The notes below the pieces were generated by a model, which worked only from the letters and a program-made list of their open reading frames with translations, was not told the DNA's origin and made no database searches. DNA of 62,776 nt, filler included, from Basidiobolus meristosporus CBS 931.73 (lineage: Eukaryota; Fungi; Basidiobolomycota): assembly GCA_002104905.1 (NCBI GenBank). It is 4 parts of 4 records of this genome, joined end to end, with 100 filler letters (N's around TTAATTAATTAA, not from the genome) between each part and the next. Parts side by side here need not be neighbours in the genome. Positions count along the whole stretch, not along the records: positions 19,399 to 32,188 come from MCFE01001227.1; positions 32,289 to 51,048 come from MCFE01001048.1; 2 more parts are not named here. One strand, given 5' to 3'. Positions 23,738-36,176 of the stretch are shown piece by piece (position 1 is the first letter of the stretch; the number at the start of each line of letters is the position of its first letter). A program made the position numbers and the translations under genes.

Positions 23738-25420
23738 ATGCATTTCTCTCTTAAGCTTCTTGCCAGCCTTGCTGCCGCAATCGTCGTCGCTGCCGACGGA
23801 TCGGTGGCCTTGAAACCCACCGGTACCGACATAGTTTCGGAGAGCCCAGTGACCACCGTTACGGAATTTCCCACCCTTGAACCCGGACCCGTTATCCCTA
23901 CCTCCATCAGCCTCTCGACTTCCCTCATTACAGAATCCGAAAAGAGTACTTCTGAGAAAGAAACAGAAACCGAGAGCAAGAGTTCTACCGAAACTGACAA
24001 ATCCACTGAATCTAAGCCTACTGAGGTCAGCACCACTACTAGTGACAAGTCTACTGAGAGTCACAAGCCCACCGAGACCGTGAAGCCCACCACCAGTGTC
24101 GAATCTACTGAGAGCCACAAGCCCACTGAAGCCGAGACCGACAAATCCACCGAATCTCACAAGCCTACTGAGACCGTTAAGCCCACCACCACTGAGAGTC
24201 ATAAGCCAACCGATTCTGACAAGCACTCTTCCACTGATGCTACTGAGTCCGATAAGTCTACCGAGTCTCACAAGCCTACCGAGACTGAGACCGATAAGTC
24301 CAGTGAATCTCACAAGCCCACTGTGACCGTGACCGACAAGTCCAGCGAATCTCACAAGCCCACCGACACCGTGACCGTGACCGACAAGTCCAGCGAATCT
24401 CACAAGCCCACCGACACCGTGACCGTGACCGACAAGTCCAGCGAATCTCACAAGCCTACCGAGACCGTGACTGACAAGAGTAGCGAATCTCACAAGCCTA
24501 CTGAGACTGTGACCGACAAGTCCAGTGAGTCTCATAAACCCACCACCACCGACAAGTCCACTGAAAGTCACAAGTCTACCGAGACCACTACTGACAAGTC
24601 TAGCGAATCTCACAAGCCTACTGAGACTGCGACCGACAAGTCCAGTGAATCTCACAAGCCTACCGAGACTGTGACCGACAAGTCCAGCGAATCTCATAAG
24701 CCCACCGAGACCGTCAAGACTACCACCAGCGACAAGACCACTGAATCCCACAAGCCTACTGAGACCGTCAAGACTACCACCAGCGACAAGACCACTGAAT
24801 CACACAAGCCTTCGGAAACTGTCAAGCCCGACACCACTCACAAGGTCACTGAGACCAACGAGGTCACCACCACTGAGAAGGTCACCGTCACTGACCACAT
24901 TACCCAGACCAAGGTGACCACCGCCACCAACCAGGTGACCGAAACCGTGAGCCCAGTCACCACCGGTAAGGAAACCGAGACCCACTTGACCACCACCACC
25001 CACAAGGTCACCGATACTCACAAGGCCACCACCACCGAGAAGCACACCGAAACTCATCTGACCACCGCCACTCACAAGACCACCGAGACCCACATCACCA
25101 CCGAGGCCCATGAAACTCACAAGCCTACTGTGAAGCCCACCAAGCCTCACAAGCCCACCGTCAAGCCCACCAAGACCCACAAGCCCACCGTCAAGCCCTG
25201 CGTCCCAGTGACCGTGACCGAAACCAAGACCGTGACCGTCACCGCGGGAGCCGAGCCCACGCACGAGACCTCCTGCGTCAACGGCACCTACAAGTGCGTC
25301 CACGGCGGAAAATCCACCAAGTTCACCGTCTGCGCCAACGGCAGAGAGGTGACCCAATCCTGCGCACCCGGCACCGTGTGCAAACCATTCCAAGGGTCCA
25401 TCATCTGTGACTGGGCCTAA
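23738..25420 (+). CDS. Secreted Ser/Thr-rich repeat (mucin-like) protein with C-terminal CBM19-type chitin-binding module (560 aa)
   Basis: TATA near 23686; signal MHFSLKLLASLAAAIVVAA; about 17 TDKSSESHKPTETV-type repeats; C-terminal CVNGTYKC...FTVCANG...QSCAPGTVC...IICDWA Cys pattern typical of fungal CBM19; strong C-ending codon bias. Confidence 0.9.
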   Translation: MHFSLKLLASLAAAIVVAADGSVALKPTGTDIVSESPVTTVTEFPTLEPGPVIPTSISLSTSLITESEKSTSEKETETESKSSTETDKSTESKPTEVSTTTSDKSTESHKPTETVKPTTSVESTESHKPTEAETDKSTESHKPTETVKPTTTESHKPTDSDKHSSTDATESDKSTESHKPTETETDKSSESHKPTVTVTDKSSESHKPTDTVTVTDKSSESHKPTDTVTVTDKSSESHKPTETVTDKSSESHKPTETVTDKSSESHKPTTTDKSTESHKSTETTTDKSSESHKPTETATDKSSESHKPTETVTDKSSESHKPTETVKTTTSDKTTESHKPTETVKTTTSDKTTESHKPSETVKPDTTHKVTETNEVTTTEKVTVTDHITQTKVTTATNQVTETVSPVTTGKETETHLTTTTHKVTDTHKATTTEKHTETHLTTATHKTTETHITTEAHETHKPTVKPTKPHKPTVKPTKTHKPTVKPCVPVTVTETKTVTVTAGAEPTHETSCVNGTYKCVHGGKSTKFTVCANGREVTQSCAPGTVCKPFQGSIICDWA

Positions 25421-27248
25421 ATGGGAGGTCTGGACTTTCCTGTAACATAGAACACGTTTGACACCGCACTCCCATCCCCTGCTTGAAACTGGTTTTGATC
25501 TGTACCCCATGTTTGCCTTCACCCTTCCCTTGAATGTGAATCCTCAGTGAGAACAATAAATGCATCGCATGAAATCCCGTCTCGTTGCGCACCGATCTCC
25601 CAAGTGGAAAAGGCTTATCTGTCCCCTCCTAGCCAGGCTTTTCCATGTATAGACAGCCACGCCACCAATCCACCTGAACGTGTGATCAAACTGCCGAAGT
25701 TTCTACGTAGGAGGGGGGGGCAGATCTTGGGGAAATCTATCAGCCTCCGATCCAAACCAATCCGATCGGCCCAGTTCCTGAGATCCCGGAGAGGGAATCT
25801 CTAGCTTGTGTTTAGTGGAGACTTGATTGGGGATGGAGTTCCCACCTTTTCGAGACCATAGTCACCGCCACCACCGTTTAGTACCGATGAGCCGATTAAT
25901 CGTTGGGGGGGTCGGCCGAGGGTATTTTTAGAAATCCCAAGAATGGAACCTACAGCGGAGAGGTTGTCTGGCAATGGAAGTTCCAGCCTGGAAATTCAAC
26001 CACCATGCTGAATCCAAGAGCCAAACATCATCCATATCCATGTGATTTGGGACGAAACATCAATGAAATCTCGTAAGTGATCGAGATCCACTCAATTCCA
26101 GACTCCGGGTTGACGCCAATTATCCGGCACCATCCCTGCCCTTCCAATTATGCCCACACACGATGGATTTACTCTCGTGGAGATTAGATTGGAACCGATG
26201 GAACCGGAATTCCTATTCGGGTTTAACTTTGTTCACTGCTACTGGGGGGGGGGGTGTGGATCGAAGTGGTCGGGACAGCCAATATATTGTTACACACGCG
26301 TATGCACTATGTTGTTGTGTTGGTTGTGATTTCATGTTGGGGCTTTGCCTGAGCTCGATATGATACTCTTGTCGAGTTACTGAAAACGTAGACCCTATCA
26401 TCTGTCTTCGTCTTCCCATCAGGTTCGCCCCGTCGAGGTGCCGCAAAAAAGAGAGATTCGGGATTTCAACTCAACTTGACAAACCTGTCCTGCGTTTTGG
26501 ACATTCCCTCGCCACTTCCAGGTCTTGATCCTGCGGAACCTTGGGCTTGCTTTCCGGCACTTTTACTTGTAACTGTTTGTTTCTTATGGTGATTTGAATG
26601 GTGGGACTCGTCAGGTACGGGAAACATTGGTACCACTGTTGTCAATGTAATTGTACTTGTGGGTAATGTCACTACTGTATAAGACATGCCAAACCAAAGT
26701 TGATGGGATACTTGGTCCCTGAGATTAATAGGTATACAATATGGCGTTGGCCCATAGGCACACTTTGAACTAGTAACCGGAAGGATGTAGGCTATCAACT
26801 CTACTTTGGCAAATGGCCTTGGAAAGTGCAACTGGGCACTACCTATAATATGCAGTTGGTAAGGAAGCTACATCAAGCACAATTGATATGGTAGAGACAC
26901 AACACATATAATCAAGTAGTGTATAATGAGATGAAACATACCAACTGAAACTCTACAAGAAATCAGTGCTAATGCGCCATACACAAGAGTCTTTTATGCT
27001 TCCTGAGCCTGCTAAAAAGTAACTCTTATCAAGTGCTGTCAAGTTCAGATCCAAAAGCCAAAATTTGACCGTGTTGAAAGCCAAATTCTTCGAAATCCAT
27101 GACTACACTTGTTTGGTAGGGGAAGTGATATACAGGGAGGCATCAAGTAATGCATCCTGTAGATTTGGTATTTACACCTCAACATTCGCACTCGCTCAGT
27201 CACTTGGATCTTGGCCCATGAGCTGTTCTCTTTGTCAGGAGCTACCTG

Positions 27249-27292
27249 GAGTATTTTCACCAAAATGACAGGTGCCCGGAACTTGAAAATTC
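27249..27292 (+). repeat. Short eroded remnant of the copia LTR core
   Basis: GAGTATTTTCACCAAAATGACAGGTGCCCGGAACTTGAAAATTC resembles LTR GAATATTTTCACCAAAATACCAGGTACCCAGAACATGAAAATTC. Confidence 0.55.
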
Positions 27293-28859
27293 GGTCGGTC
27301 GTCCGAAAACCCACAAGCTTTACACCCATGCGATTGGGCCCTTCCTCATAACCTGCAGTTCGGGTATTAGAATATTGTATACGTTGCCGCTCAACACTAA
27401 TGAAACCTTTCACCGGGAATTCTTGGTTCCATATCACGTGACCACCGAAACTTCTTGATGGACCCCGTAAGAATGCCATATCGTGATCAGCAAAAGTCCA
27501 ACCTGGATCAAACCTCCAACATTCAAGGATGAGGATTTGCAGCCACACCCCGACACAAAACCACGTGCGACATATAGGCAATGGGTATGAAGCCTACCAA
27601 GTCGCTTACTGGAAGGCGCGGATCAATACAAAATTTGGGACCGTACCCGGGGGCGCAACCCTACACAAAGGCCGTACTGAAAAGCGTTGAATTCCATAAA
27701 CCCCCAAGAAACATCGAGATTTACGAAACGGTGTTGGGATCACTTGGATCCACCGATTACTCATTGTCCATACCATGTGAGAGAACCAGTGACTGGGTTT
27801 GGAATGTTGCATAGATAGGTAAGAGTGTGCATAGGTTAACACATCTCATGGTGTGCCATCCTCCAATATGACCCCCAACCCTGGTGTCTTTGATATTCGA
27901 CAGTGAATCCAAAGTATTCCCGTTGGGAATTCCTTCGATGACCCCTGGAGCTCATATGATGGCCACAGTATGGTAGAGCGTCTAGAAATGATTTGGAGAG
28001 GCAAGCATTCCACTTTCACTTCCACTTCAACTTCCTTGAAATCAGCCTCGTGTGGATAAGTCTCTGGCGCATCTACATAACAGGGGTAGATCATGTTGAG
28101 GCCAAATTCTAGGGATCTTTCCAGCCTTTGTAGTTTCAATCCCCTTCAATCTGCAACACAAACCACAGGCCGGATGATCTATCTATTTCGATGGCATGTC
28201 TAGCCCATGGGGTTGGAAGCTCTTCTTGGATATCAGCCCTGTAGTATCTCGGGGAGGGGGCAACATTCAAGAGGATTTAATCCCCTCTCCCAGAACCTCC
28301 ATACACTACACCCCACTCACCGTTATCGTCCGATCCAGTCACGCATCTTGGGGGATGTGAGCAGTTCCAGGTGTGCGCACGCACCAATCGTCTGTTTGAT
28401 GGGTGTCAATGCGTACACCTGGGATTAGGGTAAATATCGAGGAAGTATAGGAGTTGTGAGATCAACCGCTCCCTCATATAAGCGGCCGAGAGAGAGATCA
28501 TTCGGGGCATAACCCGCACCAGCAATTGATGAAACCGAGGTCTGATGAGGTTGCAGTGTTACAGGATCGTCAACAGCACCACCACCATAAGCATAGATTC
28601 CTGGAGAAACGCTCCAATGGGATCCAGGAGCTGAGCGAAGTATACCTGCACATCGAACCGCTGGCCATGTTGCTCGCTCACTCCCGTTGGCACTAGGTGG
28701 AGAATATCGGCAATGGAAGTCGATTCGAGGAACGGTTGACGGGTGTCATGCTTGTTCAGCCATTGGAAAGGATTCGGAGAGTGCTAGGTTGCTGAGATAT
28801 AAATATATGGAACTCGGCATTCCCCTTAATTTCGCACTGATCCATTCCCACTTTGAAGC

Positions 28860-29792
28860 ATGGGAGCCGATATAGCAGTAGACATTGAGACGGCAAAGAC
28901 CACCCAGAACTACCGTCTGGACACGGAGGACCCAGTCTTCGTGTTAACTCCTGTCCAGGTTCGTATCCGAAGCTTCGCCATGGGGCTTCGGTACAGATAT
29001 CGCGAATACACCGCCGAGTTCGCTAGTATGGTCATCCTGATGGTGCTTGGTTTGGGGGTGATCCACACTTCCATCCTGTACCCGCACCAGCAGAACTTCT
29101 TTGGGATCAATTGGGGCTGGGGACTGGCCTTGACTATGGCGATCTATTCCAACGCCGGGATGTCCGGGGCTCACCTGAACCCGGCAGTCACCCTGGCCCT
29201 TGCCGTCTCTCGAGGGTTCCCCTGGGCCAAAGTCCCGGGCTACATCTTCACCCAGACCCTTGGGGCGTTCTGTGCAGCTGGGATAGTGTACGGCGTCTAC
29301 CATCGATCCCTGGACACGTTCGACGGCGGAATCCGTCAGGTGACCGGGGAGAAAGGGACGGCCGGACTCTATGCAGGCTACCCCCAGCCGTACCTCAGCA
29401 ATGGCAACGCATTTCTCGTCGAGTTCCTTCTCACCTGCATCATGATGTTCATCGTCCTGGCCATTGGAGACCACCGGAATGCCACCCATTCGGCCATCAT
29501 CCCACTGGCGATAGGGCTGATGTTAGTATGCATCGGAGTCACCATTGGCGGGCTCAATGGCTATTCCCTTAACCCGGCACGCGACATGGGCCCTCGGTTG
29601 TTCCTGCTGATCGCCGGGTGGGGGACAGAGGCCTTCAGCGCATTCCATTATTACTTCTGGATACCTATGGTGGCACCCACACTAGGCGCCATAGTCGGGG
29701 CCATTCTCTTCGACTTCATCCACCTGGTAGATCCACCGGACCAGGAGTCCAGGGGAGAAAGCGACACAATGATTCAAAGACATCGTAGATGA
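28860..29792 (+). CDS. Aquaglyceroporin (MIP family, GlpF-like), 310 aa, intronless
   Basis: Two NPA boxes (SGAHLNPAVT; GYSLNPARD, with the D typical of glycerol facilitators), six hydrophobic helices, TATA near 28797. Confidence 0.94.
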   Translation: MGADIAVDIETAKTTQNYRLDTEDPVFVLTPVQVRIRSFAMGLRYRYREYTAEFASMVILMVLGLGVIHTSILYPHQQNFFGINWGWGLALTMAIYSNAGMSGAHLNPAVTLALAVSRGFPWAKVPGYIFTQTLGAFCAAGIVYGVYHRSLDTFDGGIRQVTGEKGTAGLYAGYPQPYLSNGNAFLVEFLLTCIMMFIVLAIGDHRNATHSAIIPLAIGLMLVCIGVTIGGLNGYSLNPARDMGPRLFLLIAGWGTEAFSAFHYYFWIPMVAPTLGAIVGAILFDFIHLVDPPDQESRGESDTMIQRHRR

Positions 29793-31977
29793 CATCCACG
29801 CATGAAACACCGGGTGTCGCCATGTGATTTTCCACCTCAAATTGATCAGACAATTTTGTGTTCAATAAAAAACGTGTACTCCAAACGAATGGCCACCAAT
29901 AACCAATTGACAAGGCCGACTGCGTAACGTAGTTCCGGTTAGGAATCTGAATTTAATGTAAACCTTGGCCTGCAGGATCCATTGAACACCATCCGTCGCG
30001 CATATCATTCCGAAATCTTCTACTGGCCAACTATTCATTTGATTCTACGATGTTCTGTCGAGACATCGATTCCGTATCTCAGTTCATGAAATCTACAAGC
30101 CCGCTGTAGCCACCACCAGAATGCTCGTAAACCTCGATCTTGCCAGTCTGAGTTGGTAAACAAGCCGAATCCAATGTCCCAACAAAAATGGGGACTTGAC
30201 GATCTAGTCAATGGTGCTTATTGAAAAATGGCCAATATGACCTTTGGGATTACTCATGGGTGGCCAGATTCCTACTCGAGCCCAAACCTGGAGCAGCCAG
30301 GAATCCATAAAAAGGCTGCTACATCCCATATCCTGTATCCAGCGCCAGATAGGCACTGGGACCCAGTGTTTGAGGGTTGGCTAACCATCAAACCTTATTT
30401 CATCAGCCAAGAGTATGGGTGATTTTTTGGAACCACACACCATCCACACCATTGGCTACACTTACAACTCCCTAAGAAAGAAAATCAACAAAAGGCCGGC
30501 AGAATACCATCACACCATCAGCTGAATTCCAAGTTTCTCTAAGCTTACAACCCTCAATATCTCAGGTACTAGCTGTTGGGCTGACAAGCAGACATATTTT
30601 CTAGGAGAAGACTAGGCTAAATGGCGTTCATACCAAATTTGGTGGCAAGCCAACCACTATTTACACAAAGAATTGCAACCGAAAATTTGTAGGAAAAACA
30701 CCGGCTGAATGCCAGCAAAACACCATTAGAATACCGGCAGAAAACCAGCAGATTCTCAGACGAATTCCAAGTGTGGGATAACTCATAGGGAGTTCGAATG
30801 AATTCGGTTGTTCTTGTGAGATCCACAAAGCAAGCAAGCAAGGTGCTTTCACTCGGTCAGTCAACAAGGGGCCCTTACTATGACCAACCGCTCTCACATG
30901 GTTTTCGCTGGTTGGTTGGTCTGGTAGGATACATGAACTCTTCCCTGTAGCAAAGCTTTCCAGAGGAGAGGGTGGGGGCACGACAGGGAAGGTCGTGGAA
31001 AGAAAGACGCCTATATGGGGATGGGAAATTTCGGGGCATCACCATGGATGCTATGTGAACTCCAGTGCATAGGCCTTCTACTGGAACCCGGCGATCCCAC
31101 GGGCTTCGGCCTCCAATCCCCAAAACTCCCCACTTCATGCACGGCCCGGGAGATCGCGATGCCATACAACCCGGATACTGACTTGAAGCGGGGAGATATG
31201 CGCCCGGCCAATCACTAGCCATACACCGAGTCGTTCCCCTCACGATTTTCTCGTCTGGGGTGAGCAATCAACCTGAGCCTGGACGCCGATCCTGTAACTT
31301 CTCTCACGAGGACTCTTGGGAGCGTTGGGATGGTACAGGGAGGTGTAACCGCCAGCCAAAAACCAAAAGGTTCCCGGGGATACATGGCGGTGGACGGAGT
31401 CGGCCGAACTTAGGGCGGGAGCGATCGTAAATGTATAGGAAGCGACGGAGTTGTGGGTGAGATCCTCTGCCGGATAAAGGCTCAAGAAAGCGGGCAATCA
31501 GAGCATCTCCTGGAAGGACAAATGACCATTGGTAAATGGAACGTAGGCCTGGTGAGGTTGCAGAGGGATAGAATCTCGATTGATAGATTTATATACAAGG
31601 CCGCTCTGCGGAGGCCTAGTGGACAACGCCAACACTTTAGGCACCGATTTCTGGGGGATTACTTCACCATGATTCAGTCGCCAAGCGAAGCACACCTGCA
31701 CCCCGTACCACTGGCCGCGTCGTTCGATCAGCCCCGTCGGCAGTAGGTGGAGAATATCGGCGATGTAAGGCCGATTCGAGGAATGGTTGGTGCGTGACAT
31801 GTCGACGGAGCTCGACCATTGGAAAGGATCCAACGAAAGGCACAGATTGATCTGTGAAGAGGCCAGTGGTTTCAGATCCGAGTGTGTGGGAGGTGAGTTG
31901 TTTCGAGAGATGACGAGAGATAAATATGTTGCGGTCTATCAGCCTGAATTTACTCTAATCCCTTCTCACCTGTAAGC

Positions 31978-32188
31978 ATGGGAGCCGATATAGCAGTAGA
32001 CATTGAGACGGCAAAGACCACCCAGAACTACCGTCTGGACACGGAGGACCCGGTCTTCGTGCTAACCCCGGTTCAGATTCGCATTAGAAGCTTCGCCATG
32101 GGGCTTCGGTACAGATATCGCGAATACACCGCCGAGTTCGCTAGCATGGTCATCCTGATGGTGCTTGGTCTAGGGTGAGCCACACCTC
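31978..32188 (+). CDS. Second aquaglyceroporin copy, truncated by the scaffold gap
   Basis: First 66 codons nearly identical to 28860 (one V/I change, otherwise synonymous). The apparent TGA arises from one missing G in a G-run 14 bp from the contig end. Confidence 0.8.
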
Positions 32189-32288
32189 NNNNNNNNNNNN
32201 NNNNNNNNNNNNNNNNNNNNNNNNNNNNNNNNTTAATTAATTAANNNNNNNNNNNNNNNNNNNNNNNNNNNNNNNNNNNNNNNNNNNN
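32189..32288. other. Artificial scaffold gap spacer
   Basis: N44-TTAATTAATTAA-N44. Confidence 0.97.
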
Positions 32289-35200
32289 TCTATCTTTTCT
32301 GAGACAACCACACACCCAACCAATACTTGTCACTGATACATGAGGAGAGCCCCATTTTTGTACCTACTCTTCTCACCTGCCAATTTTTATCCACACTGTC
32401 TACCAACAAAAGCCCCATAACAAAGCTACTCTTGCTGCATCCACTCTGGTGCTGTGAGAGTATTTCCTGAAACTCAAATATTTCCTACCTTTATCTATAT
32501 TAGTATCTATCATATAAGACCATGACCAAGAATCCAGGATTTACATGCAGTGACAAACCATTAAGTTCATTCAGACACCCACCATCACGAGACCAAATAC
32601 CACAGAATTGGTAATTAGGAGACAAATAGAACCTCTGCAATGGATAGCAGAACTCGCAAAACGCACTGGAAACCCAACATCGTAGGTTATAGCTTATCAC
32701 TTGATAGCATTTAAAGATGTGACATGTTGAATCCAACGTAACGATGGTCTGCATGGGGCTCGAGCAAAAGTGGAAAAATATGACATTAATGCGAGCTTGA
32801 TTCACCAACTGCCCATATATTGCCCAGCCAAAAAAACCCAATATAGGCATGAAAAATTGACCCCCATCACTTCATGAAATCCTCGCCCAACACAATACTG
32901 TTTGAATGTCGACCAACTCCAATTCTAGATTCAGAACTAAACAGCTCAATGTCTTTACCCAGATTGTACACAGAGCATCAGCAGTGGAAGATGCATGGGG
33001 ACAGCTTGGAAGGGATATATTAGTCTAAGTCTAGATGGCTGATGCGACCCTATTACCTAGGAATGGATGTACACCCCAACTCCACTATGCAACGATCACC
33101 ATCACTTCACTTTCGTACGAAGGGTGAGGCCCAAAATTAGGTCGAGCTCGACTTGATTTGGGAGACACCTCAACGGGGATGAAACGAAGCATCATCCGTA
33201 TGAGATTTACTCCCGTTACCCCACCTAACAGTACGTCATGATATCCCGCCTGTGAGCAAGATCTGACCGTCCTTTTGTGAAGGCTGACCCCCAATGGACC
33301 AATACCTACCTCGTCTGCATGAATTGACACAAGTATCTGGATCCATGGCATACTCCTGTTCCATTTCTCTAAAAGATGATAGGGAACTCCATTCTTGTGG
33401 AATATATGCCAACCTTGGGATACGGTTTACCACTTCCTCCAACACCTCCCTAGACTTGTCTTATTTAGAGTAGTGTAAGGGCCTGAAATTTGGCCAGTGA
33501 ATAGTGTGATTCGTATTCGTATTCACTTTCGGTGATGTAAGCCCGAAAGCTAGCTTGGAATCGGCTCCTCAGTAGATATGAAGGGTGTATAATGCAGAAT
33601 GGACTCTCCACAGCGTGGCAGATACAGGCCTACTTTGGGTGTAGACCACACATCCAATTGCCCCCGGCGTACATCAAGAGCCTATGGGACGCTGAGTTCA
33701 AAGGATTAATTGAGGCAGCACCAAATACCTGACTATATCGACCATTCGCCTTTGCAGATAGAAGTCCTGTTAGCAGATTATGCACTATCATGGCCTTGGG
33801 CCAATCGTAGAGGGCGCCAAATCCCAAGAATGAAATTGTGGTAATAGCCTTGCAGGAAGGAATGCTACACAGCGTGTGTGATCGATTAAATGAATCCCTT
33901 GAATGACCCGATTCGACCAGGCAAATGCATAATTTCTCAGACAACAACGAATTTCCTCTGCTGGACGCTATTGGCTGGGCGCTCTATCGAAACTGGGGCA
34001 TACATATGCCAGTGCGCATGAATGCAGTGCAAATGGGTAGAATGCGATCGACCCATGTCGTACAAAGCATCTTTTGGGTACTGTGGTTGCTTAGGCAGGC
34101 GAGCCCGCATCCAATCACTCCGCGTCAAGTGAGACCATCGATGATGCATTAGCTCAATGTTTCGCCGTTTTACTGATTTGGACGCGACAACCATATTATG
34201 CACCTCCAGCTCAGCCCGATCATTTGATGGAGCGATCAATGTATCTATTTCCGATACTGCCATGGTAGAATGGATATTGATATATCCAGATCTAAGACGA
34301 TGCACTCTGCTTAAGGTAGAACCTCCATATTCTGATACCAAATCACAAGATCCTGCAATTTCGGTGGAGTCTGGTATGTACGAAATGAGGTTTTAAGACA
34401 TCGCCATTTTGGGGTCTGGCGGTTGGTAGCCACTGATCAAGTGACTCGGATACACAGGATGAATTCGTCTTCGGTTCAGATAGGTAACGTCTAGTCCCCT
34501 CACGCAGAGGTCCTCAAGAGACGCTGCAGGCGAAGGCCAATTTTGGGCAACTGCCAAATCTTCGTAGCATCCAGATCAGATTCCCTCCACACACTGCTAC
34601 ATATATGATCCGGTGTTGAGCTGTTCTGTAACTTAGGGCTTACAGACGGTACCTATCGCCCTCTGGTAAGCAGATTCATCAGTAGAGGGAGTGAAGTGGG
34701 GAGGGCTGATAGAAGACCTTGTGCTCTTAAAGCGACCGTATGTCTTTGCTAGTCTGCATTGAGGTGAATCGCCGGAAAAAGGCATGATGGCTGTTCTCGT
34801 CGTTCAGCAATACGGCGCTTGATTGCAAAGTGCACGAATTGTTACCGATGATGGATGCGTCCTGGTCTGCTCATTATAGCTATATTTCTGTGACCATCTT
34901 CCATCTTACAATTTACCGAGTTCACGATTCCGCATCATTACGGAGGACAGCTTTGGTTAGAATGATCACGAAATCAATGGTTCCAAATTTGGGCCAGATC
35001 CCAAGATCGAAGCGAACCCCCCATGTAAGGCTGGTGTGTATCCGTTCAGAAATCGCTGGATAAGCCATTGTGTGCGAACCCTGAATACTGATGGATGCTG
35101 CCAGAAACATCCAGCGGGGAGGTGATGAAACAGTGAGACCGACCATTTAATCAGTGGCGCAATTTCTAATCAATATGAACTATGGTGGCTAGATTCTGCG

Positions 35201-36176
35201 ATATCCGCGCATCCTTTAGCCGAAATACAGACCCTACCTAATTTCATCAGGATACTCCCAATTCGCCCTGAATCCGGAATCCAGCCTGCTCAATATGATC
35301 GATTGGTATGACCCAAAGCAGGTCAGTTGGCTCCGTAATATACGCGCGATACACAGCCGACTCACCCGACGCTCGCTAAGGTGACGATGGAATCCCCATT
35401 CTCATTGAGTCAAACCTGTTCTAAAGATTGATCAAGGTGCATAGCATCCAAGGCAGCGATCACTTGATGTGCGCTGGGCTACTGGTGCTAGGGTTCTGTA
35501 GCAACTCGAAAATCCATAGGAGTGCGCGCACAAGTGCCTTCTGACCTTAATGATGTAACTTGAAGACACCCTATCAAATGGTGGGTGTATTATTATACTA
35601 TTGGGCTTCGTGGTTAAAGCGGGCCAAGTGTGTTGACTCATTGATGCGAAATAAGCGGAGGTGCGAATGCGTACCTGATCATTAGCTAATCGTGTGTACC
35701 AATCATGGATGCAGCATCATTACACGGTTAATATATTTCTACAGTTGCTTTCTCGAGAACTCCAGACACTCTAAACCAGTTAAAATTTGTGACTCATTGG
35801 CATAAACTCTGTTTACTTAATGGAGTACAAGCATTATTCCGGCGTCAATGGAAAGGGCCAAGTGGTGGCCAAAACCACAGACACCCATCTCCACCTGAGA
35901 TCCAATGTATGCGGTTGGGTATTTGATTGCCATATAGAATCGAGGAATTGATCCAGGTTTTAGCACTGATCAAGCAGGATATATACAAGATTTAAAATAG
36001 CCTGATAAGAGGGCCAAAAATAGACTCCTGATCAACTGACCCATGGAATCTATATATATAGGCGGTTCAATCGCTCCGGCTCAAGGCAAATCTCACCATC
36101 ACCCTTTCGTTGGAACTTGGCTTTTCTCCATCCTTGTTTATTTTCGAGTTTTACCGAAGGCACAATATATTTCGAA

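Noticed and set aside
24230-24800. CRISPR-like regularly spaced repeats
   Set aside because: In-frame coding repeats of a eukaryotic protein; no unique spacers and no cas genes.
23656-25522. Long antisense ORFs (343, 240 and 130 aa) over the CBM19 gene
   Set aside because: By-product of repeat structure and C-ending codon bias on the sense strand; the translations are low-complexity G/L/V/R.
27846-28139. Possible chromodomain or gypsy remnant (EVEVEVKVE...W)
   Set aside because: Key aromatic-cage residues and flanking integrase motifs are not recognisable.
28530-28697. Collinear upstream ORF before both aquaporin copies with the same stop position
   Set aside because: By-eye comparison of 41 codons gave about 39 differences spread evenly over codon positions (no third-position bias), the second copy lacks an equivalent start, and it lies upstream of the TATA. 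Looks like neutral paralogous DNA.
32290-35700. Scattered short ORFs, including a faint IELMHHRWSHL resemblance to GAG-pre-integrase
   Set aside because: No second supporting motif and multiple stops in all frames; cannot be assigned without a translated search.
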